64,000 nt of DNA, taken from Macrostomum lignano. Lineage: Eukaryota. The DNA lies in the NCBI GenBank assembly GCA_002269645.1, contig NIVC01002171.1, positions 1 through 64,000 of the forward strand, in the 5' to 3' direction. The notes beneath the pieces are model-generated. The model made no database searches. It was given only the letters and a program-made list of their open reading frames with translations, and was not told the origin of the DNA. Below, piece after piece: positions 20,663 through 33,440 of the stretch; the stretch's first letter is position 1; every line of letters starts with the position of its first letter. Position numbers and translations under genes: made by a program.

Positions 20663-21382
20663 TCAGTCATCTATGCTGAGGATGACGACATAGACAGGAA
20701 GCACTTGCTCGGCTTCAAATACAGAAAGCTCAGAAAATGCGAATCCAGGTTTGTTCGCTGTCACCTGCTGTCCCTGCACTGAGTAGAATCCGATGCGGTG
20801 CAGCTTGGCAGCATCCAGTTCGCGCATTTCATGACGCTGTTGCAATATGCTGCCGAGCCTGACGGGGCAGGCAAGAGTATACTTTTCTTTTTCTCGGCAG
20901 TACCTAACTACCTTGGCCGCAGAGTCGGTGAAATATATTGCTTTGCCGAAAGATCCAGCCCTCTCACCAATTTTGAATCCACTTTTTAGAATCAGTTCGG
21001 CATTATTCCTTGTCGTGCTGTGAAAGAGAAGAACAGGCGCAGTAGTTTTAAACATTTGAAGCTTCACCAGACGGAAGTTCATGAGCAGTTGTTGATTACG
21101 AAGCAAATACAATTTTCGCACTGAAATACTTATGCCGCTGGCCTTTAGCGATTCTGATACTCTTGACAACAAGGGCTGCAGCACTGGATCCTCCAGACTC
21201 ATTACCAATGTGCTGTTCTCACTGGTGTCATTCGCCAGCTTGTCGAGGTTGACAGGATCATCGTCACATTCGTCCTCTTTAGCCTCTTTGAAAAGCTTAT
21301 TGGGGCAATACAAAGCTTTCTTCTCTTTTAGCTTGAAGCATTTCTTCTTTAGCACTTCATGTGACAAATCAAAACCTGTCAA
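20663..21382 (-). CDS. Intronless PARP-family ADP-ribosyltransferase catalytic domain protein
   Basis: 239 aa with an H-Y-E-type triad: LFHSTT, FGKAIYFT, FSELSVFEAEQVLPVYVV. Confidence 0.75.
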   Translation of the reverse strand: MTGFDLSHEVLKKKCFKLKEKKALYCPNKLFKEAKEDECDDDPVNLDKLANDTSENSTLVMSLEDPVLQPLLSRVSESLKASGISISVRKLYLLRNQQLLMNFRLVKLQMFKTTAPVLLFHSTTRNNAELILKSGFKIGERAGSFGKAIYFTDSAAKVVRYCREKEKYTLACPVRLGSILQQRHEMRELDAAKLHRIGFYSVQGQQVTANKPGFAFSELSVFEAEQVLPVYVVILSIDD

Positions 21383-21489
21383 TTGCTTTAACTCCTAGCG
21401 GACTCGCTCCCAAGCAACTTTCGGAGCCAAATATGTTAACAGACTTGCGGACGAGAATGCGCGGCTATAAAAGATTCGGCAGTATTTAT

Positions 21490-24400
21490 TTAGGTGATAT
21501 CAGATCACGGCTTAAACTGTGATTATTGATAGGTTCTAAACACCACACCCCAAGGGAAAGGAAGGCGGACGCGAGTGTTTGCGAGAATCGAGTACAGTGC
21601 GAGTGGATAAGACGGTCCTCTGTACAGCAAGTTTATTTGTGCAGTACAGAAAATATAAAAGCAAAGAAAGCAAAAAAATTTCATGCAGCGCGAGAAAGGT
21701 GAGGCAGGCTGAGTAAAAGCTAGGTGATATAAACCTCACGGCGGAGGGGTGCAGTGCAGAGGGGGGTTGACTTGGGGTGGGTGTTTACAACCAATCAGCA
21801 AACGCCGATTGGACACTAAACACCACACCCCAAGGGAAAGGAAGGCGGACGCGAGTGTTTGCGAGAATTGAGTACAGTGCGAGTGGATACGACGGTCCAA
21901 AATCCGAAAAAAGATGGGAAAATAGTGAAAGAAAAACGGGGGGCACGCAGAATGCTGGACACGCTTGCAGGCAAAATAAAGTAAAACAGTCATTAAAACA
22001 GCACTTAATCGATAAAACAACAGTCATCATTGCAAAAAATATAAAATACAAAATTAGAAAAGTGCACGAGTTGAGAAGAAAAAAAAATCTGAGCATTTGA
22101 GTCCAAGCCAGAGGAAAAAGAAAGCAGACAGCACACCAGCTTCTACCCAGAGCAGGCAAACGAAAAATTATAGGCATTTAGACAGTTTGCGAACAGCCGC
22201 CAGCTGGAGGTCGAAGCCCCTCACCAGCCCCAGGTACACCTCAACCGCCGAGCTCCGCCAGTCGCCCAGGGCCTTGACGACCGGCAGCGGCACACCGGCG
22301 CGGAACGCCAGCGAGGCGCCGCCACGTCGAAGGCTGTGAGGAGACAGAGACCGGTCTGCCAGGCCGGCACATTGGACGACGTGCTGAAACAGGCGACAGA
22401 ACCGGGTGCCGGTCAGGCGTCAGGCCGCCGCTGCTTCGGTAGGCGAAGAGGTGGGCGGCAGCGGCGCGGTCGGGCTGGCTGATGCGCAGGTGGTGAAGCA
22501 GCGCTGCCACCGGGCAGAGCGGGTGCTGCGCCGCGTGCCGGAGGCGCGGCAGGACAACGCGGTGCACTCGCTGGCGGAACTGGTTCGTCTTGGAGCGCCG
22601 AATGTGCAGGATGGCCAGATCCGGTAATACTTGCAGGTCGCCGCAGGTGACCGCTTCGCCGGCTGGTGGGAACGACTTCGAGCAGCACAGATTGGCGCGG
22701 CACAGGAGGCCCCAGAATCCGACCAGGACCGCCGCCCAGAAGGCTGCATCTTGAGGCTGCTGCAGGCGCAGGGTTCCTCGCAGTTTGAGGAGGTCACCCA
22801 GAGTGATGGGCGCCTTGCGCACCGGCGGCTTGGCGAGTTTGCGCTGCACACAGCGGAGGAGCAGGTCGATGCGGGGGTCGCGAGGAAGGCCGCGGCTGGT
22901 CTTGAGCTTGCAGTGCAGGTCTGCGGCGTTAATGTACGCACCAACGCTGGCATGCGAGGAGAGGCAGTCGGACAGCGCGATGATGTAGTGCGCGACCTGC
23001 TGCAGAGACGGTCTGATGCTGTCGATGCGCATCTGCTTGCAGAACCGCTTCCATGAGTCGATCTGGCAGCGGTAAGAGCGCGCGGTTGTCTCAGCGAAGG
23101 CCAGGTGGCAGAGCTCGCGGTAGCGCTTGCTGAAGTTCGCGCTCGGGACTTGAGTCGGGCGATCTGTAGGGCGAGAAATTCGCAGGTGGCTGGCGAGAGG
23201 GTGTGCCCTCTAAGGTTGCTAAGGTCAGCGTGAACAGAGCCAAAGAGCCGGAGCAGGAAGTTTGTCAGCTCGCTGATGTCATCGGCTCGGCTGCCACTAT
23301 CAGCAAAGATCTGGAATGTCCCGGGGACGTGGAAGGCCTGGACGGAGAGGTCGCGGTGCGCAGCGAGGAGCATCAGCTGTTGCAGAGCCGAGTTGACGAC
23401 CCGATTTGGCGACGAGCCCTTGTTGATGGCGCCGACTGCGGCGGTGCTGTCAGAGTAGATCACAAGCTGGCTGCCCGGTTGCAGCTGCTGCTGGAAATGC
23501 AGAGCCGTAAGCACTGGCGCGAGACTTTCCTTGAAGTTGATGTGCAGCGGCTCGATCTCGGTTGAGTCGCGGTGCCAGTCCATGATGAGCCAGCTGGTGA
23601 TGCGTGGGCCGCGGATGATGCCGCAGCCGCCCCAATTGGACGCGTCGGACTCGATGGCCCAGCTGGGCCCGTGGGAACGCCAGATTTTGCAGCTGGGGGA
23701 GGCGGCCAGGCAGGCGTCCCACCAGCTAAGGATCTCGCGGAGATCATTGTGCACGCGCAGTTTGTGCCGCTGCTTCTTCAGGTCGCTGAGCTCGAGCAGG
23801 AGTGGTCTCAGGAAGCACCTCCCAATGCGGACCACCTGGCAGACCCAGTTGATGCGGCCACAGAGCGATTGGAGTTGGCGCTTGGTGATGCGCTTGCGAG
23901 AGAGCGCGGACTGCAGCTGAGACTTGGTGGCGTCGAGCTTGTCCTTCGGAAGCTCCAGCAGGCCGCTGACGGTGTCGATGAGGATGCCCAGGTAGACCAG
24001 TCTGGTGCACGGTGCCACCACCTTGCTCCAGTTGATGGAGAAGCCAAGCTTCCGCAGCAGATTGAGCAGGGTGTCGAGAGCGAGCTGGCAGTCGTCCTTG
24101 CTGGAGGCTGCTATGGCGAAGTCGTCGAGATAACTGCCGATATCGTTGAAGCCCCGTCTCTGCATCATGCGCTTGACGGCCTGACTCAGGCGGTGGAAAA
24201 CTTCCACGGAGGCAGCAGCGCCAAAGGGGAGCCGCGTGTCGCAGATGTACGAATCGCTGCGCTGGTCGCTAAATTTCCACTTCAAGCCGGTGAGCCGAAA
24301 ATCGTGCGGGCTGATGCCGACACTGCGGTAGGCATTGGCGAGGTCGACTTTGGCCATGAACCAACCGGGCTGCAGCTTGGCGGTGAAGTGACTGACGGTC

Positions 24401-25800
24401 TCGAACTTGATTCTGTAGTCGGAAGAAAATCGGCTGTTTAGGGAGAGACCCGGAGGGTTAGAGCAGTCGTGGATGAGTCGAATCTTGTTGTTGCCCTTCG
24501 GAATGGCGCCAAGGGCGCTGATGACCTCCGGTTTGTCACTGACTTGAACGTAGCGGCCATTAAGGATTTCCTCTCGCACCTGCTGCTCGACCAGCTGCCG
24601 GTAACTGTTGACTGATAGGTAGTTCTGGATTTCTGACATAGTTGAGGCTCTTTCTGACGGGTCAGGGCAGGTGAGTTGGAAACCGTTGCGGATGCCATTC
24701 AGCAGGAATTCGCGGTCAGGGTCGTCAGTCAGCTCAGCTTCCCAGGAGGCTGTGGCGAGGTCGGATGAGAAAAAGGTGTCCTTAATCCCCTGGTGCCACC
24801 TGTTGAAGGTGCCGACGGCGTCGGGGTGATGGCTGAATGCTTGACTGACTAGCTGAGGATGTCCAGCAGTTGATTTTTGCCCACTATCGAGGCTTGATCG
24901 GCGAAACTAGGGAAATTCTTATCAGGCTGTCCATAGTCACCTGGTGTAATCTGTTGAAGGAGCCGACGGCGTCGGGATGATGGTTGAATGCTTGACTGAC
25001 TAGCTGAGGATGTCCAGCAGTAGAGGTTTGCTCATTATTGAAGCTTGATAAGAAAAACCTGACATATTTGCAACAGGCTGTCCATAGTCACCTGGTGTAA
25101 TCTGTTGAAGGAGCTGACGGCGTCGGGATGATGACGGAAGGCTTGAGAGACTAGCTGAGAATGTCCAGCAGTTGATTTTTGCCCACTGTCGAGGCTTGAT
25201 CGGCGAAACTAGAGAAATCAGCATCAAGGTGTTCATAGTCATCTGGTGTCATTTGTTGAAGGTGCCGACGTCATCGGGGTGATGACGGAATGCTCGAGAG
25301 ACTAGCTGAAAATGTCCGTCGGTTGAGGTTTGCCCATTATTGAAGCTTGATAAGAAAAACCTGACATAGTTGCAAAAGGACGTCCATAGTCACCTGATGC
25401 CACCTGTTGAAGGTGCTGACGGTGTCAGGATGATGACGGAATGCTCAGGAGACTAGCTGAGGGTGTCCGGCAGTTGAGGCTTGCCTACTGTCGAGGCTTG
25501 ATCGGCGAAACTCGAGAAATTCGCATCAAGGTGTCTATAGTCACCTGGTGCCACCTGTTGAAGGTCTAGAAGCTCTGTCTCGCTGAAGGCCAGTAACCAA
25601 CGAAGTCAGAGCTGATGCAGACACATTTGGTCGACGTGCTGATGAAATTTGGAGACCTGGCAAGGCTGCACTGAGGCGCAGTGCTATTTGGCGCACAGGG
25701 GTGTACTGAATACACTAGCGCTTATGGGAAAAATCCGACCTTCTGGCAGAATCGTCGAATATCTCGACGGTCCGGAGGGCTGGCGACTTGATTCTTGTTT
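21490..25800 (-). mobile_element. Ngaro/DIRS-type tyrosine-recombinase retrotransposon, copy 1 (degenerate)
   Basis: RT-RNase H ORF 22420-24639 (DLANAYR, YLDDF, ESDAS) overlaps the YR ORF 22241-23032. An 83-bp direct repeat at 21536-21618 and 21816-21898 matches the split 3' terminal repeats of Ngaro elements. Confidence 0.88.
24785..25565. repeat. 151-bp tandem repeat (about 5 units, alternating A/B variants)
   Basis: The gtcacctggtg anchor recurs at 24936, 25087, 25238, 25389 and 25540. Confidence 0.9.
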
Positions 25801-26675
25801 GAGAAGGTGCGCAACAAAAAGTTAGCCCGTGTTCTTGAATTTCGTGTGCCTGCGTTGCTCCGTTCCGGCGCAGCAGAAAAATTGTCAGGGGGGGGGGGAA
25901 TTCCCCCCCCCTCTTGGTACGAGCGTAGTTCTACTGTTAATGTTCCCTAGGGATCTGTCTCAGGTCCTACCCAAATTCTTACTTTTTATAAATGACCTTC
26001 TTGAAGCTCAGAAAGTCTTCAGATGATACCACTCTACATGCCTCTTTTAAATTTTGCCACCCACCTCTTCAGGCCTTACAAAATTGTAGAACTGATGTTG
26101 CATCTTATTTGAGCACAGATCTTTAAAAGATTTCACATCGGGGTTCTGACTTGAATGTCAAGTTTGATTCTAATAAATTTGAGTAAATAATCATTAGCAG
26201 CAAGAAGGATTTCTGTGATTTCCACCTGCTTTTTGAAAACTCAGTCTTCAATATTTCTAATCAGGGACAACTAAAACCCTCGGGACACGAAACGAGCCAA
26301 TTCATGGCAAAAAATCTGAGGGGCTCGCTTAAAAGTATTGTTCTATGGCTTTTTCAAGTCTTCTCTGCTATTAGGCATTAACGGTTAGATTAAAAATTAA
26401 AGCGAGGCAATGTCGAGTATTTAATTTAAAGAATAGGAACCAGTGATATAATTACAATGTATTTACAATAAAGTAACCGCCATATCACCAAAAAACTCCA
26501 ACGACAAGAAGATAAAAGATGAAAGCAAAGATATAACTCCAACGGCAAGAAGATAAAGGATGAAAGCGAAGATAAAACTCCAACGGCAAGAAGATAGAAG
26601 CAAATACGGAACTCCAAGGACAAGACGACACAAGCAGTCAGTAGCTCGTACATAAAGGAAACGCTGGAACTTCAT

Positions 26676-27930
26676 CTACTGAGCATCTACATGTAACTTC
26701 CGAAGCTTTCTATCATGGGATGTCGTCGGTATTGGTGGGAGTTTTGACGAGCGTCTTACTAGTCCTTTGAAAAAAACGTTGGCTAGCCGACGGGACACAC
26801 TGTCCATGCTGAACTGTGTCTTTTTTGGAAAGTAAAAGTCCTTAATAACATAAAACAGCTTCTGCACGCGAGTTGCGCACGTAGGAGAGTGCAGAATAAA
26901 ACTGCTGTAGCAGAGACAGGATAAGTCTAACAGCCATTGTGGAGGATGACAAAGCTTTCCGCGAGATAACTCTTCAGTGAATTCGCTGGCTGGAATGCTC
27001 GTCTCTGATATCAAATCTGTTCCTTTGATGCCTTCTCTAGTCGCTGTATAACCTGTCAATTTCCAATAAAGCACGGTTTCAATTGTTTTTATGAGATTGT
27101 GTAAAACCTCGTTGTGAATTAAATTTTAATTAATATCCAGCTTACCTGCGATATAGTAGAGCGAAGCCATCTCCGAAATGGAAAGCTCCTCTGATTTAGC
27201 AGCACAATTATCAATGGTCGCCAGTTCAATTTCATTCAGCTGTTCATTGCAACATTTGCTCCGATCGTGCTTGTAGTCTGCTAATTCAAGGGATGCGAAT
27301 AATTTCATTCGTCGGAGTCGAGCACTGAGCAGCACTTGCTCCACAGTGGTACATAGTAGTTGCCGCCGCTCATTTGGCGATACACGCCAAACTCAGCCTC
27401 AAGTGGATCACTGTGAAAGTCAGCCAGCAGAACGTAGCTGATTCGTGGGTCGGACAAAAGAACCTCACACATCTCACAGGCTCCGCGCAGTGAGTTTACT
27501 AGCTCTGACTTGGTCTCGGGCGTCAATGAATGATGGCGAGCTCGGCCTTTTCCACAATGTGTCGAATCAAACGAATCCGCGAGCGCGCTAAGAAATTGTA
27601 TGCTTTCATCTTGAACGGAATAGACTGATCATTTAGCGGATATCTGTCTGTCAGCGCCAGGAGGTTGAATGCTTAGAATTCCATTCGCTTCCATTTGCAA
27701 ATTGTTGCGAATGCATTTGATAATGTGAACGAAATCGAACAGCATGAAGAATTCCGACTCCTGTGCAGCATCCGTTCCAATCCATGGCTTCTCTCTTCCA
27801 TCGCTAAATAAAGCAAAACACTTGCGGTTGGTAGGGTGATTGTCGCTGACGAGAGCAACGACACGGCCACCATTGTTGTTAATTGCTTTAATATCGCTTT
27901 TGACGCTCTAGATAAGACTTTAGACATTCA
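26676..27930 (-). pseudogene. P-element/THAP9-like transposase, C-terminal remnant
   Basis: YVLLADFHSDPLEAEFGVYRQMSGGNYY and LSRGKLCHPPQW motifs; several frameshifts. Confidence 0.75.
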
Positions 27931-28043
27931 AAATAAGACTGCATAGGATCGCAAGCAAGGCCAGGCTAGCCACGGCCAGAGCATGCCCAGTCTTGGCGGC
28001 AGGAATGGCTTGGCCATAGACTAAAAAATGGGATATCAAAATG

Positions 28044-28714
28044 AGAATAAGACGCTCAATATGAGACTGAGTGTGAAAGCCTTCAGATATCGCTCTAACC
28101 CTCTGACCCTCAGCCAGCTCTCCTTCTTCACCCCTTGGGTTGCATCTGACCCTTTGGATTTCACTGTGATGGCACCATCGATTCCTGCAGCAGACCGTCA
28201 GCGTCTGATCGACGCAGTAAACAATGGATCAACCATCCTAGCTGCCGCTCAAATTCTCAAGATCAAGAGAGCGTCCGCCTTTAGGATCGCTGCGGAGTTC
28301 CGCCTCCATGGCAGAGTTGAATCCCTACCTCGTGGCGGTCGGAGAGAAGAAAATTGCAAGGCTGACAACGAGATGAGAGACGCTGGAGGAAAATCCCTTC
28401 CTCACACTCAAGGAAATGTCCTCACGTCTGGCTACGCAGTTTCCGGAAAAGCCGCAAGTCAGCTACAAGTGCGTGGACCGAATGCTGCACGGTCTGCTAT
28501 ACACCGTGAAGCTGGCTGTCAAAGGCACTGACGCGAGGATGAGGACAAATTCTGAGGCAAATATCGAAGCCAGGAACAAATACGCCATGTTCATGCTTAA
28601 TTTGGCTCAAGAGACTCGCACTGTCTTCTTGGACGAGACCGGGTTCAATCTCTGGACTGCCAAAAAGAAAATAAATTACGTTCACTCCCGGTCTCATATT
28701 GAGCGTCTTATTCT
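28044..28714 (+). mobile_element. Internally deleted IS630/Tc1-like element
   Basis: Perfect 24-bp TIRs (28044-28067 and 28691-28714), an HTH region and a VFLDETGFNLWT catalytic fragment. Confidence 0.82.
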
Positions 28715-31630
28715 TATTGTCGTCGCCGGACCGTAAGGAGTTGCGCCGTTCCACAAATGGTTTGAGCCGGTCGTGGTGCGCCACCTGCCTGCGTCGCATT
28801 TTTTTCTATGCCACTTACTGGCTCATCGTTGTATATTCTGTGGTCACAGATGCTCAGCACGTAACTGTTGCCTCGTCGTGTCCTTAGCAGCGGACCCTTG
28901 ATATCGATCTGGACCATCTCCCATGGCCTCGACGGCAGTGGAGTCGCTTGCAGTGGTGCTCGCTGCGGCCGACTGCTGTTCTTCCGCCGAAGATAAGCGG
29001 CGCAGCTGGCGACCCAGTTCTTGACGTCGTTGTGCATGCCCGGCCACCAGCAGCGGTCGGCGAGCTTGTCCAGCGTTCGGTCTGTGCCGAGGTGACCGCT
29101 GCAGGCGGCGTTGTGCACGTCAGCCAGGAACTGCGCACGCAGGTGACTGGGCACCACCGGTTTGCCCTGCCGGACCAGCTCACCGTGTTGCCCGATCTGG
29201 ATGTCGCCATTTGCTAGGAATTCTTCGACTCGCTGCCGACAGCCTTTGGACAGGTGGACGAAGCCGTCACTGATCGCCTTGAAGACATTCTGCAGAAGGC
29301 TGTCTCGGAGCTGCTCTGCCAGGAAGTCATCGCGATTTGCAAGTTGAGTGACAGCCGTCCGACTGAGCACGTCTGGCACCACGTTCTCCCTCCCTGGCCG
29401 ATAGCAGAGCGCGAAATTGAACTGCTGGATAGTGTCGAGCCAACGTGCCAGCCGACCCTCTTGCTCCTTGGTCTGCAGCAGGCCCTTGAGCGGCTGGTGA
29501 TCGGTAAACACAGTGAAGTCTTTCACGTTGCACAGGTAGGCTCTGAAGTGCTTGAGACTCCAAACCAAGGCGAGCAGTTCCCTGTCAGTGGCCGAGTAAT
29601 TTCGTTCCGCCTTGTTGAGGTTCCTGGAGGCAAATGCCACTGGAAGCTCCGCGTCTCCGTAACGCTGGCATAGAACCGCACCCACTGCGAAGGCGCTGGC
29701 GTTGCAGCTCAGGACAAATGGTCGGCGGAAGTCCGGCAGGCGAAGCACAGGTGCTCGCCCAGTTGCTCCTTGAGCGTCTGGAAGGCCGTCTCGCACTCGT
29801 CTGTCCAGGTGAAGCCCGTCTTCTGTGTTGCGGCATGCAGTGGTGCCGCTGTCTTGCTGAAGTCCCTGATGAATCTGCGATAGAAGCACAACATGCCGAT
29901 GAATCGTCGCACCTCCTCGGCAGAATTTGGTGACTGAATCTTGACCAGGGCCTCCACTTTGTCCGGATCCGGCCGAATTCCTTCCCGGCTGACGATGTGG
30001 CCCAGGTACTTCACGCTCCTGTGAGCAAACACGACTTGTCCTTGTTGAGCTTCAGTCCCGCAGCTCGCAGCCGGTCGAAAACTTTGCGCAGGCTGGCCAG
30101 ATGCTCTTCGAAGCTCCGACTGAACACGATCAAGTCGTCCACGTAGACTAGCATCTCCTCCCAGGTCAGGCCGGACATAACGAGCTCCATTAGCCTCTGG
30201 AAGGTCGCAGGAGAGTTGCACATACCGAAGCCCATCTTCTTGAACTGCATAAGGCCTCGTGTGGAATAGAAAGCAGTCTTGTAGCGGTCCGCCTCGTCGA
30301 CCACGACCTGGTTGAACCCCTGCTTGCAGTCGATGGTGGTAAACCAAGAGCAGCCCGCCAGAGCATCCAAGTCAGGGTTGACATCCCAGCAGTCCGACTG
30401 TTTGACTGTGCCAGCGCTGTTGTTGATCAGGTCGGCAGCTTCAAAAGAGCCGACGGCCTTGTTGGCGTAGAGTAGCACCTCCTCGGAGCCTAAATTGCAC
30501 ACCCGGACAGGAATCTTCTGATCAGCTGAAACGGTCAAAACTCTCGAGACAAGCAAACCAGTCGCTTGGGTAAAGTTGGCGTCAGGCTCGAAGATGCCTT
30601 GCTCGTCTTCCGACTTGACGCGGAGCCACACCAGCTTTTCGCTTCGTGCTGGAACCCTTGTTTTGCTTTCCACTCGAGCAACGAGGGTGCCGGTCACCAT
30701 TCGGACGCTTGAGCTGCTGTTGAAGAACGGGACTTTCTCTCCGTTGAGGCATACGGTCCTACCAACGATGTCGATCTGAAGCTCTCGGGTGGTTCGGGTG
30801 ATGAAGTCCATGCCGAGGATGAGATCCAGACTGATGTTCTCCACCACGTTGAGCTCATGGACAACCTTGACTGACTGGCCGACTTGAATTGTGGTTCGGG
30901 CAATCCCGATGCAACCCAGGCGGCCACCATCGACCGAAGTCGGGCAGCAGCTTCCACCGGGCTCGATCTGAAGGCCGCAGACTTGCGCGAGGCTGCGGCT
31001 GATCAAGGATGTCTGTGCGCCAGTGTCGAGCAGGAAACTGACCTCCTTGCCTTGCAGAAGCGCACGCACGAAGATTGAGAGTGCAGATTGGGCACTTGAT
31101 TGACGGGTTGGAGCTAGCCCTTCGCTGCCAACCCTCAGAAGTTTCCCGACGGCCAAGCCTTTGACGGACAGACAGCCGCGCCGTGGCCCCAGCGGGAGCA
31201 GTTGAAGCAGCGACCTTGGCCCTGAGATCCGCCAGCAGGGCACCGGCGGGCGATGTGGCCTTCCTTACCGCACCGAAAGCAACCTGATGACCGCTGCTGC
31301 TGATCTCTCGGCCTGCCGCCACCGCGTCCTCTCGCGCTGCCGCCCCTCGTCACCGCAGCCGTCAGGATCTCCAGCTGCTGCTCCAGCCGTGCCAGTCGAT
31401 CGTCAACCATCGCCACTGCGGGCGAGTTGCCTGGTTTGCATTTGCTCGCGATTTGCTCCAGCCTCGTGGCCCGCTCGACCAGCTCCTCCAGCGTGCAGGA
31501 GTCCAGGTCCCTGTCCTTGACCAGGGTGTCACGTATGTCCGCAGTCATCAGCTGAATTATTCGAAATTTCACCTCACGATCTCGCAGCGCCGAGGAGTCA
31601 TCAGGCCGTGCTGTCATGTACAGAATGCTC
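28715..31630 (-). mobile_element. Gypsy internal fragment (gag end, PR, RT, RNase H, IN start), no LTRs
   Basis: Two CCHC knuckles, LLDTGA, YVDD, TDHQPL and H..H..C integrase zinc motif; internal deletions. Confidence 0.9.
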
Positions 31631-32899
31631 ACAATACTTTTAAGCGAGCCCCTCAGATTTTTTGCCATGAATTGGCTCGTTTCGCGTCCCGAGAGTTTTA
31701 GTTGTCCCTGTTTCTAATAAAGTCACACTTCTTGGTGTCATAATTGACAATGGACTTACATTGTATGAGCACCTTATAACCCAAAGAAAAAAAGCAGATT
31801 CTATACTCGGTTGGACTACTAGAGCTAAACATCCTATTCCTTAAACTCATTTGGCTACCCTACGAGTATAAAGGTAAAATTAGACCACTTGTTGTCACCC
31901 GGGTCGGTTTGATCTGCCAGCGAGTCCCCATCTTACTTTATTGGACCGTGTCGAGCTGAAGGCTGCCAGGATCATTGGTGACTCCTTCGAGGTTCCATAT
32001 AGCCTTAGGGCTCGCTGAACTGTTGGTGGACTGTTGGTGGGTCGAGGCTCCAGCGAACTTCAGCAGCACCTGCCCCCTTTTGCTCCACAGTCACACTTTG
32101 GTCTCCGCTGTAGCAGCAAACAGCACGACTTCTCCCTTCAGATTCCTTTGTCTAAAACTGGCAATGCAATCGGTGCTTCATTCCCACTTACTGTAAATTA
32201 TGGAACTCTAACCTGCATCATTAGCTATCCTGGCATCCAGCCATCCATTTTCAAGAGCCAGGTGTCTCAAAGACCATCTTGATCAGTTTTTAGTCTACTC
32301 TTTTGTCTTGTTCTTCTTCCATTCTCCGTTTGTCTTCTTTCGCTTCCGCCTTTCCTTTCCGCCTTTCCTTTTCGTAGCCATGGGGCATTTTCATTGCAGC
32401 TAGCATAAAGTTTGCCAAGTGACATCGATAAGATGATCATGAAAAGTTCAAACACTATCTATTTATTGACCGCAATAGATACTAAGATGGAGCATTCTAA
32501 AGCTACTACTGAGTAGTATTAAGTTGCTATGAAGCTGTTGGTTTCAATCCTAGCGATAGGATAGGATTGAGTTTTAGTGATATTCCACAAGGCAACCGGC
32601 ATAAAGGCGGCACCCTTCGGGCAATCGCCACTCTGGACAAAGAAATCCCCTGAGCGTTGCCGTTTTCTGGAGCCACAGGTAAGTGAGCGACGCAGTTTTA
32701 GTCTGCGTTTGCCGCGTCTGCGTCCTGTGGTGTCGTTGTCTACCCCACCCCCGCGGAGGCGCAGGACACGATGGAGGCTGTCTGGCTCGGCGGGCGGCGT
32801 GTCTCCGGAAGGTCTGTGCTGGTGCGGGCCATTTGTCGTTCCCAGGTCGAGGCCTGGGTCCACGGGCCCCCCGGGGCTCCGACTGATTGCGTAGTAAGT

Positions 32900-33440
32900 A
32901 AGTAAGTGGAGTCCCTTCTTGGATGGTGTCCGCAAGCCCCGTTGCATAAGCTGCTGGTGCTGCTGCATCATCGCGGTCATGTAGTCGAGGAGGGCGTTGA
33001 CATCAATACCAGGTGTAACAGAAGAGGCGGCAGAAATCGGTGCAGCGGCCTGAGCAACGGGAGGAGCCATTGTCCCGGTTTAAGTAGCCGGTGAAGCCCC
33101 ACTGAGGTCGAAAGGCGGTTGCTTAGTTCCGTCATAGCCGCTCTGATTGCTTTTCTCCACGGATGGCGTGGAAGGCAGGAATGACCAGGTGGGGCTGGGG
33201 AGAAGGGTGCGGCACCCTCAGCCTGAGCTGGCCTCGTTGATGTGCAGGTAGCTTTGGGACTGACCCCTCATTATCCAGGTAGCTTAGGAGGGACTGACCC
33301 CCCATTATCCAGGTAGCTTAGGGTGACTGACCCCTCATTATTCAGGCAGCTTAGGGTGACTGGCCCTTCATTATCCAGGTAGCTTAGGTGGACTGACCCC
33401 TCATTATCCAGGTGATTTGTAGGGGGACGGACCCCATCAT
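32900..33440 (-). other. Possible retroelement gag N-terminus with ~32-bp tandem repeats
   Basis: MAPP...LLDYMTAMMQQHQQLMQ resembles a gag start; gactgacccctcattatccaggtagcttagg repeats at 33255-33440. Confidence 0.35.

Larger units (their letters stand above)
26262..31710 (-). mobile_element. Composite P-element-like TIR transposon
   Basis: 80-bp TIRs at 26262-26341 and 31631-31710 (2 mismatches) with an 8-bp TSD TTTCTAAT at 26254-26261 and 31711-31718. Confidence 0.9.
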
